From NCBI GenBank assembly GCA_024137785.1, contig JAHRHZ010000047.1:2635336-2699335 (forward strand): a stretch of DNA of 64,000 nucleotides, in the 5' to 3' direction. Below the pieces are notes generated by a model. That model searched no databases, was not told the DNA's origin, and worked only from the letters and a program-made list of their open reading frames with translations. Shown here piece after piece: positions 24,595 through 37,532 of the stretch. Every line of letters starts with the position of its first letter. Positions within the stretch are counted from its first letter, which is position 1. The position numbers were made by a program, and so were the translations under genes. The DNA comes from Ginglymostoma cirratum (Eukaryota).

Positions 24595-27500
24595 TGTTAT
24601 GAAGTTATGTAGAGTAATTATGAATCGGAAGACAGAAAACTAGAATTTGTTTGCAAAAAATGATAAAGGAGAACAATGCATGATTCCTGTAAGGGATAAA
24701 GTACTTTTCTGAGCTTAGGCATTTATACACAATTTTTTCTGTATGTATCTGAAGATATACAGCTAGTTCTAAAATGGAAACGTATCAATTGGCTGTGTGA
24801 TTGGAAACCCTTCAGCTTGTTTTGATATTTTGGCAACGGAACTGGAATCAGCCAATTAATTTAAACCAAGTACTTAGCAATTGAAAGCCAATTGAATTTA
24901 AATCCAAGATAATTGGAACTGCAGATGCTGGAGAATCCGAGATAACAAGGTGTGGAGCTGGATGAACACAGCAGGCCAAGCAGCATCATAGGAGCAGGAA
25001 AGCTTGACGTTTCAGGCCTAGACCCTTCATCAGAAATGGGGGAGGGGAAGGGGGTTCTGAAATAAATAGGGAGAGAGGGAGAGAGGGGGAGGCGGATAGG
25101 TGGAGACAACACAGACAAGTCAAAGGTGAGTGTAGGTGGGGAGGTAGGGAGGAGATAGGTCAGTCCAGGGAGGACGGACAGGTCAAGGGGGCGGGATAGG
25201 TTAGTAGGTAGGAGATGCGGGTGCAGCTTGAGGTGGGAGGAGGGGATAGGTGAGAGGAAGAACAGGTTAGGGAGGTGGGATGAGCTGGGCTGGTTTTGGG
25301 ATGCAGTTGGGGGAGGGGAGATTTTGAAGCTTGTGAAATCCACATTGATACCATTGGGCTGCAGGGTTCCCAGGCTGAATATGAGTTGCTGTTCCTGCAG
25401 CCTTCGGGTGGCATCGTTGTGGCACTGCAGGAGGCCCAGGATGGACATGTTGTCTGAGGAATGGGAGGGGGAGTTGAAATGGTTTGCAACTGGGAGGTGC
25501 AATTGTTTGTTGCGAACTGAGCGTAGGTGTTCTGCAAAGCGGTCCCCAAGCCTCCGCTTGGTTTCCCCGATGTAGAGGAAGCCACAACGGGTACAGCGGA
25601 TGCAGTATACCACACTGGCAGATGTGCAGGTGAACATCTGCTTGATGTGGAAAGTCTTCTTGGAGCCTGGGATGGGGGTGAGGTAGGTGGTGTGGGGGCA
25701 GGTGTAGCACTTCCTGCGGTTGCAGGGAAAAGTGTCGGGTGTGGTGGGGCTGGAGGGGAGTGTAGAGCGGACAAGGGAGTCACAGAGAGAGTGGTCCCTC
25801 CGGAAAGCAGACAAGTGTGGGGAGGGAAAAATGTCTTTGGTGGTGGGGTCTGATTGCAGATGGCGGAAGTGTCGGAGGATGATGCGTTGGATCCGGAGGT
25901 TGGTGGGGTGGTACGTGAGGATGAGAGGGATTCTGTTTTGGTTGTTATTGCGGGGACGGGGTGTGAGGGATGAGTTGCGGAAAATGCGGGATACATGGTC
26001 GAGGGCGTTCTCGACCACTGTTGGGGTGGGGGGGGGGGGGGGGTGCAGTCCTTGAAAAACGAGGACATCTGAGATGTACGGGAGTGGAATGCCTCATCCT
26101 GGGAGCAGATGCGGCGGAGACGAAGGAATTGGGAATAGGGGATGGCATTTTTGCAGGAAGGTGGGTGGGAGGAGGTGTATTCTAGGTAGCTGTGGGAGTC
26201 GGTGGGCTTGAAATGGATATCGGTTTCTAGATGGTTACCAGAGATTGAGACAGAGAGGTCCAGGAAGGTGAGAGAGGTGTTAGAGATGGTCCAGGTGAAC
26301 TTAAGGTTGGGGTGGAAGGTGTTGGTGAAGTGGATGAACTGTTCGAGCTCCTCATGGGAGCACGAGGCAGCGCCAATACAGTCATGAATGTAACAGAGGA
26401 AGAGGTGGGGTTTACGGCGAGTGTAGGTGCGGAAGAGGGATTGTTCCCTACAAAGAGGCAGGCATAGCTTGGGCCCATGCGGGTACCCATGGCCACCCCC
26501 TTTGTCTGTAGGAAGTGGGAGGAATTGAAAGAGAAGTTGTTGAGGGTGAGGACGAGTTCGGCTAAGTGGATGAGGGAGGGTTAGGTTCACGGTTGAAGAA
26601 GTAAGCATGGAGGCGGAGGCAGCGGAAAAACTGCTCAATGTCCAAGCGTGAGCGGTATTCGTTGACATGTGGGTGGAGGACGACAAAGGTGAGCCCTTTA
26701 CTGAGGACTGACCGTTCGTCCTCAGTAAGGGGGAGGTCTGGGGGGATGGTGAAGACTCGGCAGGGCTCAGTGTTGCTGTATCCTCTGGAGCTGCTGGCTG
26801 TGGAGGCAGTGGGCAGAGTGATGTCGGCGTCGGCTGTGGGTGAAGTTGCGTCGGTGGTGGTGGGTGGGGTTGTGTTGGTGTCGGCAGTGGGTGGAGTTGC
26901 AATGGAGTCAGCGGTGGGCGGAGTTGCGTCGGAGTGGTTTTGACTACCTTGGACCAATGCTATTGTAAGAAAATGGATATGTCATCCAAAGTATATAAGG
27001 AGAGCGTTTTCGAAAATCGGTGCGAGAGCCAACTGCCATCTAAGAAACAAGCACCTAACTTGCACAAGAAATTGCTAGGCTCTCTAAGAAAGCACCATCT
27101 TATCCATAAAAGGTACCACGGCACTCCTGGCTAAGAGTTTCCACAGAGAAAACATCTCTTACAGCAGGATCAGCAGAAGCAAAGTGTTTATGACTTTAGA
27201 ACAGCAGAAGAAAGGTGTTTATGACTACAGAGACAGTGGAGAAAGCAGAGCATTCCAGAAGACACATTCTGTGTGGACTTGCAGAGACTATCATGGCACT
27301 TCTAGCCAAAAGTCCTCACAGAAGAATTCACAGAGAAAACATTCATGACAGAAGGATCAGCAGAGAAGGTAAAGAACATTCCGGAAGACTTAATTTGGCT
27401 GCACTTTTGAGAATCTAAGTTCTAATTAATTTTTATTATTACTTGGGTTATATAAGTGGGGTTTGTATTTATTGGACTCGCATACCAGAAGAATTTTGTT

Positions 27501-27659
27501 CAATTAGGGAATAGCTAGCAGTTAAGGGGGAATTGTTCAATTTGTTAGTAGTTCTGTTAATTTGTTCAGTGTTAGGGCTAAATAAATAAATTGTTACTTG
27601 TTACTTATAAAGTGAATATCAGGGATTTTCTTTCATTTAACTTCTCCTCTTCTGTAACA
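24595..27659 (+). mobile_element. Probable solo LTR (about 1.0 kb: 24595-24905 plus 26945-27659), interrupted by a Penelope-like element
   Basis: Begins TGTTA and ends TAACA; the LINE resumes in register on both sides; TATA-like gtatataag near 26991, internal direct repeats 27140-27370, AATAAA near 27581. Confidence 0.7.
24906..26944 (-). mobile_element. Penelope-like element (RT plus GIY-YIG endonuclease), 5'-truncated and internally deleted
   Basis: ORF 24861..26018 has VVYCIRCTRCGFLYIGETKRRLGDRFAEH (GIY-YIG); AMGTRMGPSYACLFVG, FLDL and YLEYTSSHP are PLE RT motifs; pseudo-LTR end near 24906-25060. Confidence 0.92.
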
Positions 27660-30600
27660 ACACATCTGTCCATGACAGTATCGGTAAGACTGACCAACGT
27701 ACAGTCCTTGTGGAGACAAAGTCCCACCTTCACATTGAAAATATCCTCCATCGTGTTGTGTGGTACTATAACAATGCTAAATGGGACAGACTTTGAACAG
27801 ATCTAACACCCAAGACTGGGCATCAGTGAAGCACTGGGGGCCATCAACAGCAGCAGAATTGTACTCCAGCATAATCTGTACCCTCATGGCCCAGCATTTG
27901 CCCCACTCAACCACTACCTTCAAGCCAGGTTCAATGGAGAGTGCAGGAGGGCATGCCAGGAGCAGTACCTGGTAAACTTGAAAATGAGGCGTCAACCTGA
28001 TGAAGCTGCCAAACAAGACTACTTGCATGCCAAACAGCATAGACAGCAAGTGATAGAGCTGAGCAATCCCACAACCAACAGATCAGATTTAACCTCTGTA
28101 GTCCTGCCACATCCACTCATGAATGGTGGAGAAAAATTAAACCACTCACTGGAGGAGGAGGCTCGACAAATATCCCCATCCTCAATGATGGAAAAGCCCA
28201 GCACATCAGTGCAAAAAATAAGGCTGCTGCGAAAGCTTCAATCTCCAGCCAAAAGTGCCGAGTGGATGATCCATCTTGGCCTCCCTCAGTGTTCCCCAGC
28301 ATTACAGATGCCAGTCTTCAGCAAGTTTGATTCACTCCAAATGATATCAAGAAATTGTTGGAGAAAATGGATATTGCAAAGGCTATGGGCCCTGACAACA
28401 TTCCGGCAATAGTACTGAAGGCGTGTGCTCCAGAACTTGCCGCTCTCCTAGCCAAGCTGTTCCAGTACAGTTACAACACAGTTACCCAACAATGTGGAAA
28501 ATTGTCCCAAGTTGTCCTGTACACAAAAAGCAGGACAAATCCAACCTGGCCAATTACCGCTCCATCGGTCTACTCTCGATCATCAATAAAGTGATGGAAG
28601 GTTATCAACAGTCCTAGAAAGCAGTACCTGCTCAGCGATACCCACTTTGAGATCCAAAACAGCCACTCAGCTCCAGACCTCACTACAGCCTTGGTCCAAA
28701 TATCAACAAAAGAGCTGAATTCCAGAGGTGAGGTGAGAGTGACAGCCCTTGATATCAAGGCTGCATTTGACCAAATGTGGTATCAAGGAGCCGTAGCAAA
28801 AATTGAATCAGGGAAAAGTCTCCAGTGGTTGGAGTCAGACTTGACACATTGGCAGATGGTCGTGGTTGTTGGAGGTCAGTCATCTTAGCTCTAGGACATC
28901 TCTGCAGGAGTTCCTAGGCATAGTGTCCTCGTTCCAACCATCTTCAGCTGCTTCATCAATGACCTACCCTCCATCATAAGGTCAGAAGTGGGGATGTTCA
29001 CCAATGACTGCACAATGTTCAGCACCATTCGTGACTCCTCAGATACTGAAGCAGTCCATGTTCACATGCAACAAGATCTGGACAATATTCAGGCTTAGGC
29101 ATACAAATGGCAAGTAACATTCGCACCACACAAATGCCAGGCTATAACTATCACCAATAACAGGCAATCTAACCACTGCCCTTGCCATTCAACGGTGTTA
29201 CGATCACTGAATCCCCCACTATCAACATCTTAGGGGGTTATCATCAACCAGAAACTCAACAGACTTGCCACATAAACACCGTGGCTAGAAGTGTCGATCA
29301 GAAGCTAGGAATACTGCGGTGAGTAATTCACCTCCTGATTCCTCAAAGCCTGTCCACCACCTACAAGGCACAAGTCAGGAGTGTGACAGAATACTCCCCA
29401 CTTGCCTGGATGAGTGACACCATCCAGGATGAAGCAGCTGTCTTGAATGGCACTACATCTACAAGCATCCACTCCCTCCACCACCAATGCTCAGTAGCAG
29501 CAGTGTGTACTATCTACAAGATACACTGCAGAAATTCACCAAAGATCCTCAGACAGCACCTTCTAAAGCCAGGACCACTTCCATCTAGAAGGACAAGGGT
29601 AGTTGATACACGGGAACACCACCACCTTCAAGTTCCCCTCCAAGACACTCACCATCCTGACTTGGAAATATATTGCCGTTCCTTCACTGTTGCTGGGTCA
29701 AAATCCTGGAATTCCCTCCCTAATGGCATTGTGGGTCAACCCACAGCAGGTGGACTGCAGCAGTTCAAGAAGGCTGCTCACCACCATCTTCTCAAGGGTA
29801 ACTGGGAACAGCAATAAATGCTGGCCAGCCAGTGATGCCCACATCCCACAGTTGAATTTTTTAAAAATCTGAAAATTTGACACCTCATTTGGACCAACGC
29901 TTCAGTGCAACGCTGAACAACCCCTGCCTCATTAAATTAGCCTTCTTCAGTAAAAATGTTAAACTGATATCCCAGGTTGTATTTTATCAAAGATCAGTTC
30001 AGTGTCAAGACTTGAAGACTCAGGAAGGTGCATTCGTCACATACCCATACAAGTTAAGCATCAACTTGTAAATCATTCCACCCTGTGCCAATGGCAGGAG
30101 TTAAGAACAGGAAAGATATCTGGTCACCAATATGATGGAAATTGGAGACTGTATCCCCACTAACCATAGCTCCAGGCAACAACATGCATCTGGAAGCATA
30201 TGTTGCCACAGAAACTTGGACTCTTTGAAAGACCAACTGGCTCATATGGCTGGACAGCCAGTGAGGAATTGCTTGATGCCAATAGCATGAGGCTCAATCT
30301 TCAAGCCAGCTGGAGTGGATTTGTGGCCTGCCTCCTCACCCTTCCCATGCTAAAGATCCTAGTGCTATAGACTGGACTTGTTTTTATTCAGAGAAGTGGA
30401 GAAGATGACCCAAAGTGGCAGAAAGTCTTCCTTCATCTCTTCCATCCTAGAAATAGCCATGCCGAATACAAAGTTTCGTGTAGACAATTCCTAGCATGAC
30501 CATGTCATTTGTATATACAGAGAATCAACTGATTCTGCAGAAACTTCTCCTCCACTGTACGGCCAGTGGCTGCAGCTACAGCCCAATGGCATGATAGGTG

Positions 30601-31059
30601 AGGACAACCCCCTTGCCAGGCACAAATGCTATACTGCCTCATCTCCAACCTTGAGGCTGCCTCCTCTCACTGGCCGTGATTCCGCCACAGATGAGGCAGA
30701 ATGGCAAATGTAATTTTCCAGTTAGAGTGAGGGGGTCTTAGTAAGGCCTCTTAACTACCTCAATTGTCTACCTGTCACTTGTAGATGGATTGTCTTTCTG
30801 TCTCATCCAGCCTTCATGAAATTAGCTCAAGATTGGGGTGGGGCTGGCAAACTGGCATGCGAGCTGGCAGAGTAAAATTCCAAGCCCACCTGCCTCTGCT
30901 GCCATCCCTATCAGCCCTCAAAACTCCGAGCTGTTAACTCTGTTTATCTTTCCGGAGTTACTGCCTAAACTGTTGAACATTTCCAGCATTTTCTGTTTTT
31001 ATTATAAATACAAGCTTCTATCGTTGTAAAAGCAATACTGAAAGCCACAAATGTCTTAC

Positions 31060-31312
31060 TGTATGATGCTAAATCAATATGATGCTCTTTGATCTTAGAT
31101 TCCCCAGGTTTATCTGAGAGGATTTTTGAGGAATATTTTTCCAATCGCGATACAAACTGGTTAATTCTTTGCTCAATATCATCGAGAATCTCCATCTGGA
31201 AAGGTGCATGTTCATGAATGTATTGCACAGTTGATTCATATGAACTAAATACACCAGGCTGAATATTCATTTGAAACTCATCTTCATCAGGGAGTAATTC
31301 TGGCCAGTTAAT
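31060..31312 (-). CDS. FAM227B: FAM227B coding exon, 253 nt (INWPELLPDEDEFQ...HIDLASY)
   Basis: Lies within ORF 30965..31351; acceptor ctttgttacag|, donor taca|gtaaga; WP motif in the same position as recalled human DYWPRE; ends in phase 1. Confidence 0.85.
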
Positions 31313-34300
31313 CTGTAACAAAGAATAAAAGTCACAAACCAGAATATGCAATCAGACTAAATGTTTTGAATTACAAACCATCTCTTAAATTTGGGAATAA
31401 ATTGTTTTTTTGGTAGGTTTTAACTAGGAAAATATTTTCCAATTATTAAAATGTGGTGTCTTCCTGCTGCATAGTTCTCAATAGTTCTTATGTGATTTTT
31501 TTTCAGTTCTACAAGTTACTTACACTACTCTCAATGATAATTATGATCATGTCGCCTTCAAATGCTCACATTTAGTGATTTTTCTAGCTTCTCAACGTAC
31601 ACTTTGGTTGACTAAATTGGCCTTTGTTTGAACTTCAGAACTCTTGTTAAATACAGGGTTAAGAGCCTGGATTCACCATATTTCCATTTTTACAATAATA
31701 GCAGCAAAGTCAGCACCAATTCCAGCCTCTTCCACAGATTCCACCTTCATAAATGTGTAAAGAATGTCAGACACAATAGTGTTCATGCAGTGCCTTTGAC
31801 TAGCCTCAGCATCACTGTCCAGCTGTGGGCCCTTCAACTACCATGCCTGGCAACGTTGCTGTTGAACAGCTGGAAATCTACTTAAAATGGTTGCACCTAT
31901 GAATATTGCAACTGGACACTGCTGCATCAGCACATGCCACTAGAGATACAGAACAGTTAGGTAGCTCATATCTGAGGTTTAGATTTTATTGTCATGTGTA
32001 CTCGAGTACAGGAGTACAGTGAAGAGCTTACAAAGTAACCAATCTCCGGTGCCTTCTTAGTATCCAATACACAGGATTAAAAACGAAGCAGAAATAAAAG
32101 AAACAACCAAAAGAAAAGGAAACGTCCAGATCACTCCCAAGACCCCACACACCGCTGCAGCTGGAACTTGACAATGCCACCACCTCTGCTGTCGGGTACC
32201 CAGGCCCAGCCATATCCTGGAACCATACCACTGCAGCTTAAACAGTGTTGCCATTCTTCGGTGCCATCTTGCCTCCATTGATGTAGTCACCACCACGAGT
32301 CCAAGTTGGGCTGATCTCGACAATGCAGCCACTGCTGAAACTGCTGGTCTCAAAGTGGACTCAAACTTGACACTTGGCCCACCATGCCGAAGCAGCCGGT
32401 GCCTCGTTCTGGCTTATATTGCTGCTGCTCTTGCCTCCTCAGACCAGTATTTCAGCGAAGGATCCCACTGCTGCCGATCCCCCAGGAAGGGGACTGCTCT
32501 CGCCACTGCCGACAGACCTGGGAAGTGGACATTCAACTCATTCATCACATTCAAACATCTTTCAAAGGTTTTGTTAAACCTCTTCCATACTGCTGGTCAT
32601 ACATCATCTAGCTGTCAGATGAGACCTGGTAGTCTTGCATACCAAGATATAAAAACGTTTCCATAAAATCCATAATGTTAGTCAGTCTATTACACATACC
32701 TCTCTGGAGGTGTTTTTAACATGCTTTTGCCTAACTCTCCATGTGTTTTTCTCTTCTATATACTCCTATTTCTGCTTTTATTACCTCTTGACTTGGCTAT
32801 TCCCAAGCACCGCTGACCAGCCTCCTGCGTTCTACCCTCTGTAAACCCAAGAATATCAAAACTTCTGCTGCGTAAGTGCAGTTCACACATCACCCCGTGT
32901 TAGTTGGCTTACAGTGACTGCCAGCAGTCAATCAACTAAAGCTAGCTAACTGCATGCATAAGAGCAGCTGAAGACAGAAGGGTCTGTAAGTTTTTGGTGA
33001 TAACAAATCATGTAATTATGATACTCATAATCTGTAGAGAAATGAAAATACTTCTAGGCCATTTAGAATGGATGGAATTATCCGACTTCAGATAGGTCAA
33101 AACACTAATTTTCTCTGTTTAACTTCTATTACTAGCAAAACTATGGGCAGATTCATTTATATCAAATCACCTAAGTGACCTCAGTATTTCAGCATTCAAT
33201 GCTGTTAGCGCATGTAAGGCAGGATAAAATCCATGCTAACACCAGACTTTGCTGGATTATGTACATGTAAAGCGAAGCAAAGGACAATGTCAATAAAGCT
33301 TAAATCAAACCAAATGATAGTGTTTTATGAAATTTTTTCCAATGTGGTCCTATTTTGACTCACCACCACATTTTCAAGCACAATTAAGGATGGCAAGAAA
33401 GGCTAGCCTGTGGCGTTCACAGTTCATGAATTAGTGTACATATAAACAAAGAAAACATCTAGTATGTTATTAAAGATTGTCTAATATAAAACAATTAATG
33501 AGACATCATGTAAATATGAAAATTTGTGTTTATAAAAATGTTATTTTCTGTGCTCATATAAGTATCAGCTAAACTGTCCATATTCTACGCAGACATAAGA
33601 CTTAGTGAAACCCTCTCCCCCACAAACACACACGTATTGTCATCATCTCTCTCTCTCCTAACCACACACATAACCGTCTTCCCAACCAGCTTCCCCATTC
33701 ACTCACACATGTCCCCCATTTCCTCTTAGCCTTCCACACTCATTCATGCTATCCGTATTCACCCATCCCATTCAATGATCCTCTTCTCCACCCTCCCCCT
33801 ACCTGGATTTCTCCACCTTGCCTGGAACGTTGAAGAGCTGGAAGGACAGAAGTGACTGATAATTGCCAAGAGCAGGCAGCTTTGGCTTCTCAAAACAAAT
33901 CGAACTGTTGGTTATACTGATCAGAGTAAGCTGCTTCTGAGCCTTGGGCAGCTTTGTGGGTTTCCAGCCTATCCAGCTGAAAAAAGAATTGTCAGTGAAA
34001 CTGGCATTTCTGATTTCTTTCAAGCTGATTAGCCAGGAATCAACAAAGCTACCTGAAGGTCAGAAGGAGCTCGCTCTGAGCAACTCTCAGTCAAACTGAT
34101 TTTTTTTTTAAAGTTTTCTTAACAATGGAAACATAAGTCCAAATGTCAGAGTTCTAAAATTCCAATATCAAAAATTCACCATTTGGCAGAATTTTCTCAT
34201 GACTGGTCAATGAATGTCATAGGATACATGCTTATAACTTAGTCTAAAATCTCTCGGCCCAAGGGCAAGATCACGAATGTCCACTAGTTTTTGATTACAG

Positions 34301-36029
34301 GAAATGTGCAATTAACTGGCAGTCTTGTGCATTACTTCTACACAATTTGATCTTGATTCCTATGAGGCTTTATGGAAGACACCAAGCACAGGGAAGTTGC
34401 TTCAGGCAAAAACAAAATCAGAAAGGCAAGTAAACCTGGCAAAGGTTCTGACAACAATTTTAAACAGAGCTGTCAGTGGCCTAGCAGCAGCTCACATATC
34501 TATTCTCACTGTTAGTTGTTTTTAGGACCTAGAAGAGAGGAAGAAAAAATTAAATAGAAAGATACAGTTTATCTAATACTAATATTCTGCCACTTAAAAT
34601 GTCGTAAACATATTCACATGATATCTATCCATTTGCCCTGAAGTGCTTGAATGCACAATACATATTTTGTATTATTTCTTGCAAGAGAATAATGGACAGC
34701 TATGCAAGGTCATGGGAAGATGCTAAAAATGGTGTACAGGCCCCTTTCAAATCCAGACTGAATTTCAATCACCGAGTAAAGTGACAGCTATTCACATTCT
34801 CTGCAGTCTCATGTTAACTAAAATTTCCCACACATAAACTTTCAACAGATACATCATTAAAAAGAATAGTAAATATGAATTAGAGAAAAGGTTACTGTAA
34901 ATTTTCTGGAAATCTTAGGAGAGTTTGGGTGATCATCTGTTTTATGATGCGCGCCTCTAAGGCTGGCATGTATTATTTGATTGCTGTAACCCAAGACACA
35001 GTGAGATAATTTTCATTGACATAATCACATTCTCTCTCTTCAAAACTCTCCAGAAACTTAGCACCACAATTTAAAGAGTAACTGACATACAAGAACCACA
35101 ACAGGTAAGATCTGTGCATATATTCATGTTAAAGTGTGCATTCTTGTTTGTTCTTTGAGGCAAAGATGACCACGTTCACCATCCATATATACTAACACTT
35201 CAGGCAAAGGGATAGTTGTCATGTGAACATTTGTGTTCTGACATTTAGGGGCACAATATCACTTTACAATAAACTTTACCTTTATATTTGAAATTTTCTT
35301 TCTTCTCTCAAAGGTCCCTAACCCAAATGTCTAGGAGAGAGAGTGGGTAAATGATCTCCTACTAGGTCACCAACAGCTCTGTTCCAGTAGTTGGCAGAAA
35401 AGGCAAGATGACCATGTTAATCATCTGGTGGGGTTGCTAGGGTTCTGATCTGCGCCCAGAAGGTTTTGCTGCGAACAGGACAAGATACCACAGACAATTT
35501 CAGAGTTTCACTGGAGTTGCTGGCTTGGGGCTTCCTCTGTTTGGATTTTCTCTCCACCTTGATTTGTGTTTGCTTTCAAAGAAGGCAGAGTCTTTTTTTT
35601 TTAAATTGGCTGTGCCAGATGCAGCAGTCCTGGGTGAGCTTTCCCAGGAACTGAAATCAAAATCAAAACCTCTAAACAAAGCACTCAGATTCTACTTGTA
35701 ATGCATCCTTTGCCTGTTTTGTGAATACACCACAGATTCAAGCTCTCCAAAGTAAATTCACTTTTAAAAGTTAGATATCTGGCTACAGGACCAGCTTAAT
35801 TCATTTGTAATAGTCTCAATATGGTGTAATGCTTGACAGGTCAGCTTAGATGAGCACATCAATGTATGGTATTTTGTCCTGCTATCTGATCTTCAGAAGC
35901 CTCTAAAGGTAGCTCAACTGAAAGTGAAAGTGAAAGAGCTTTTTAAAAGCATTGGAAATATGGCAGAGTCAGGGCATTTGGTTCATGTTTGCGTTTATGA
36001 TCCACTTGAACTTCATTTCACCTAAATTT

Positions 36030-36260
36030 ATCATCATGACCTTTTATTCCATCTCCATCAAATGCTTGTCCAGCTTCTTCTTAAATCCATTTACAGTATA
36101 CATTTGAACTTCTGCAATGTTGGCAAATTCTGTATTCCCACTACTCTGGGTGAAGAAATTTCTTCTGAATTTTCTATTGGATTTCTTCATGACTATCTTA
36201 TATTGATGGCTTCTAGTTACGATCTTCCAAATAAGTGGAAATACTCCCTCTTTGTTCATC
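36030..36260 (-). mobile_element. Decayed CR1 3' fragment
   Basis: ORF 36044..36259 TRSHQYKI...FRRNFFTQ...FKKKLDKHL. Confidence 0.7.
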
Positions 36261-37532
36261 TTATTAACATCGATGTCCCTCTTTGGAGACTTTACTACTT
36301 ATAATAGTAACAGCAGAAAGCAAGTGTTATGTTGTCTCATAGTCAGTGCGTCTAGGTACCTTTAAAAGACATCTTCACAAAATCATCACTGTGTCATAGC
36401 ATGTGACCCAAAGGAAGAAGATTGTATAGGAGGTCTCTTGTGATGCAATAGTAGTGTCACTTCCCCTTGGCTAAAAGGTTTGGTTCAAGTCCCACATATC
36501 CCAGAGGAGTGTCATAACATGTCAAAGCTGGTTGATTAAAAACGACTATATAGATCGTATACTCCATCTTAAGTAGGATCTTTCAAGGCAGGACATCCTA
36601 TACAAAACATATTGCTCAATGCTGTTACTGTGTGACTTAATATCTTAATGTTAACCTAGATACCGATGTTCCTGTGAATATTATGTCTGTACATAACAGC
36701 TGGGTGTAATAAACTTCTGTGGATTCTTCAATTTCACGTCATCCATATCCAGTTTCTAATGCTACATGGGATAGCATAAGCATTGCCGAATCAGGTAAAA
36801 TACCCTGCTGGAGGCAAACCCACATCCGTAAAGCAAAGTTTTTGTATAAAAGTCCAATGATCATTATCAGAACTAGAAGCTTTATCTGTTTCAAATGAAC
36901 CAAGTTAGATGTACAAGCTGTTCAACAAAAAAAACAAAATATGCAAATCTCATCAAAATCATATATTTAACTTCCAAACTTGGTAACAACGCATTAAGTA
37001 CTGATTTTTAAATTTGAGATTACAAATTTGAACATGTACAGGGCATCGAAAAGCTGATGAAATAAGTGCTTAATTACTGCAAGGGTGTACTTAATTGTTC
37101 TTACTGAGCGCATCAAGATTGAAGCTTTATCCGGCATTTGTGCAGTACAAAGGCCAAAATCCAACCTGGCTTCTTACATTATCAGCAGTGATAAATCATC
37201 AAGGATTCAGAAAAGAATGAGAGTAATTTAGAGCCAGCCTGAAGCAATCATATTTGAAAACCCATTTTCATTTTATTTGAACACATCCTGCACACAAATT
37301 TTGAAACAAAGAACGTAATTCAAGTTCAGCTGAGGTATTTTCTGGTTCTGTTATCAACATTCTTTATGAAAATGAAGTAAGCGACATAAGGGTACAGTTT
37401 CATGATAAATATTTTTGAAAAAGGTTTGTAAAAATCTGTAACCATGTCTGTAGGTACCCTTTAATTCTGTAATGCTATATTAATTGCATAAAAAAAGGAA
37501 GATAACTGTGCATGACAGTTGAACAAAGGCCT

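Larger units (their letters stand above)
23330..29870 (+). mobile_element. Second copy of the same LINE family, split into 23330-24228, 24541-24594 and 27660-29870 by nested insertions
   Basis: B box GGTTCAAATCC 23368-23378; APE motifs PDIVILTE, GDFNVHH, LDLILTN; RT motifs in ORFs 28355..28594, 28423..28617, 28691..28888; same 3' tail (gcaataaatgctggccagccag...cccacatccca). Confidence 0.9.

Noticed and set aside
25160-26957. Long ORFs (580 aa and overlapping) that look like a novel Pro/Thr-rich protein
   Set aside because: They are frameshifted and alternate frames of the C-rich Penelope RT/GIY-YIG element, not a host gene.
31970-32670. GC-rich stretch with several ORFs
   Set aside because: No recognisable protein motif or consistent splice sites; looks like an unclassified repeat.
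36804-36917. Exon-like segment on the minus strand after a T-rich acceptor (ttgttgaacag|)
   Set aside because: The required phase 0 hits TGA after 8 codons, and the flanking FAM227B exons join in frame without it.
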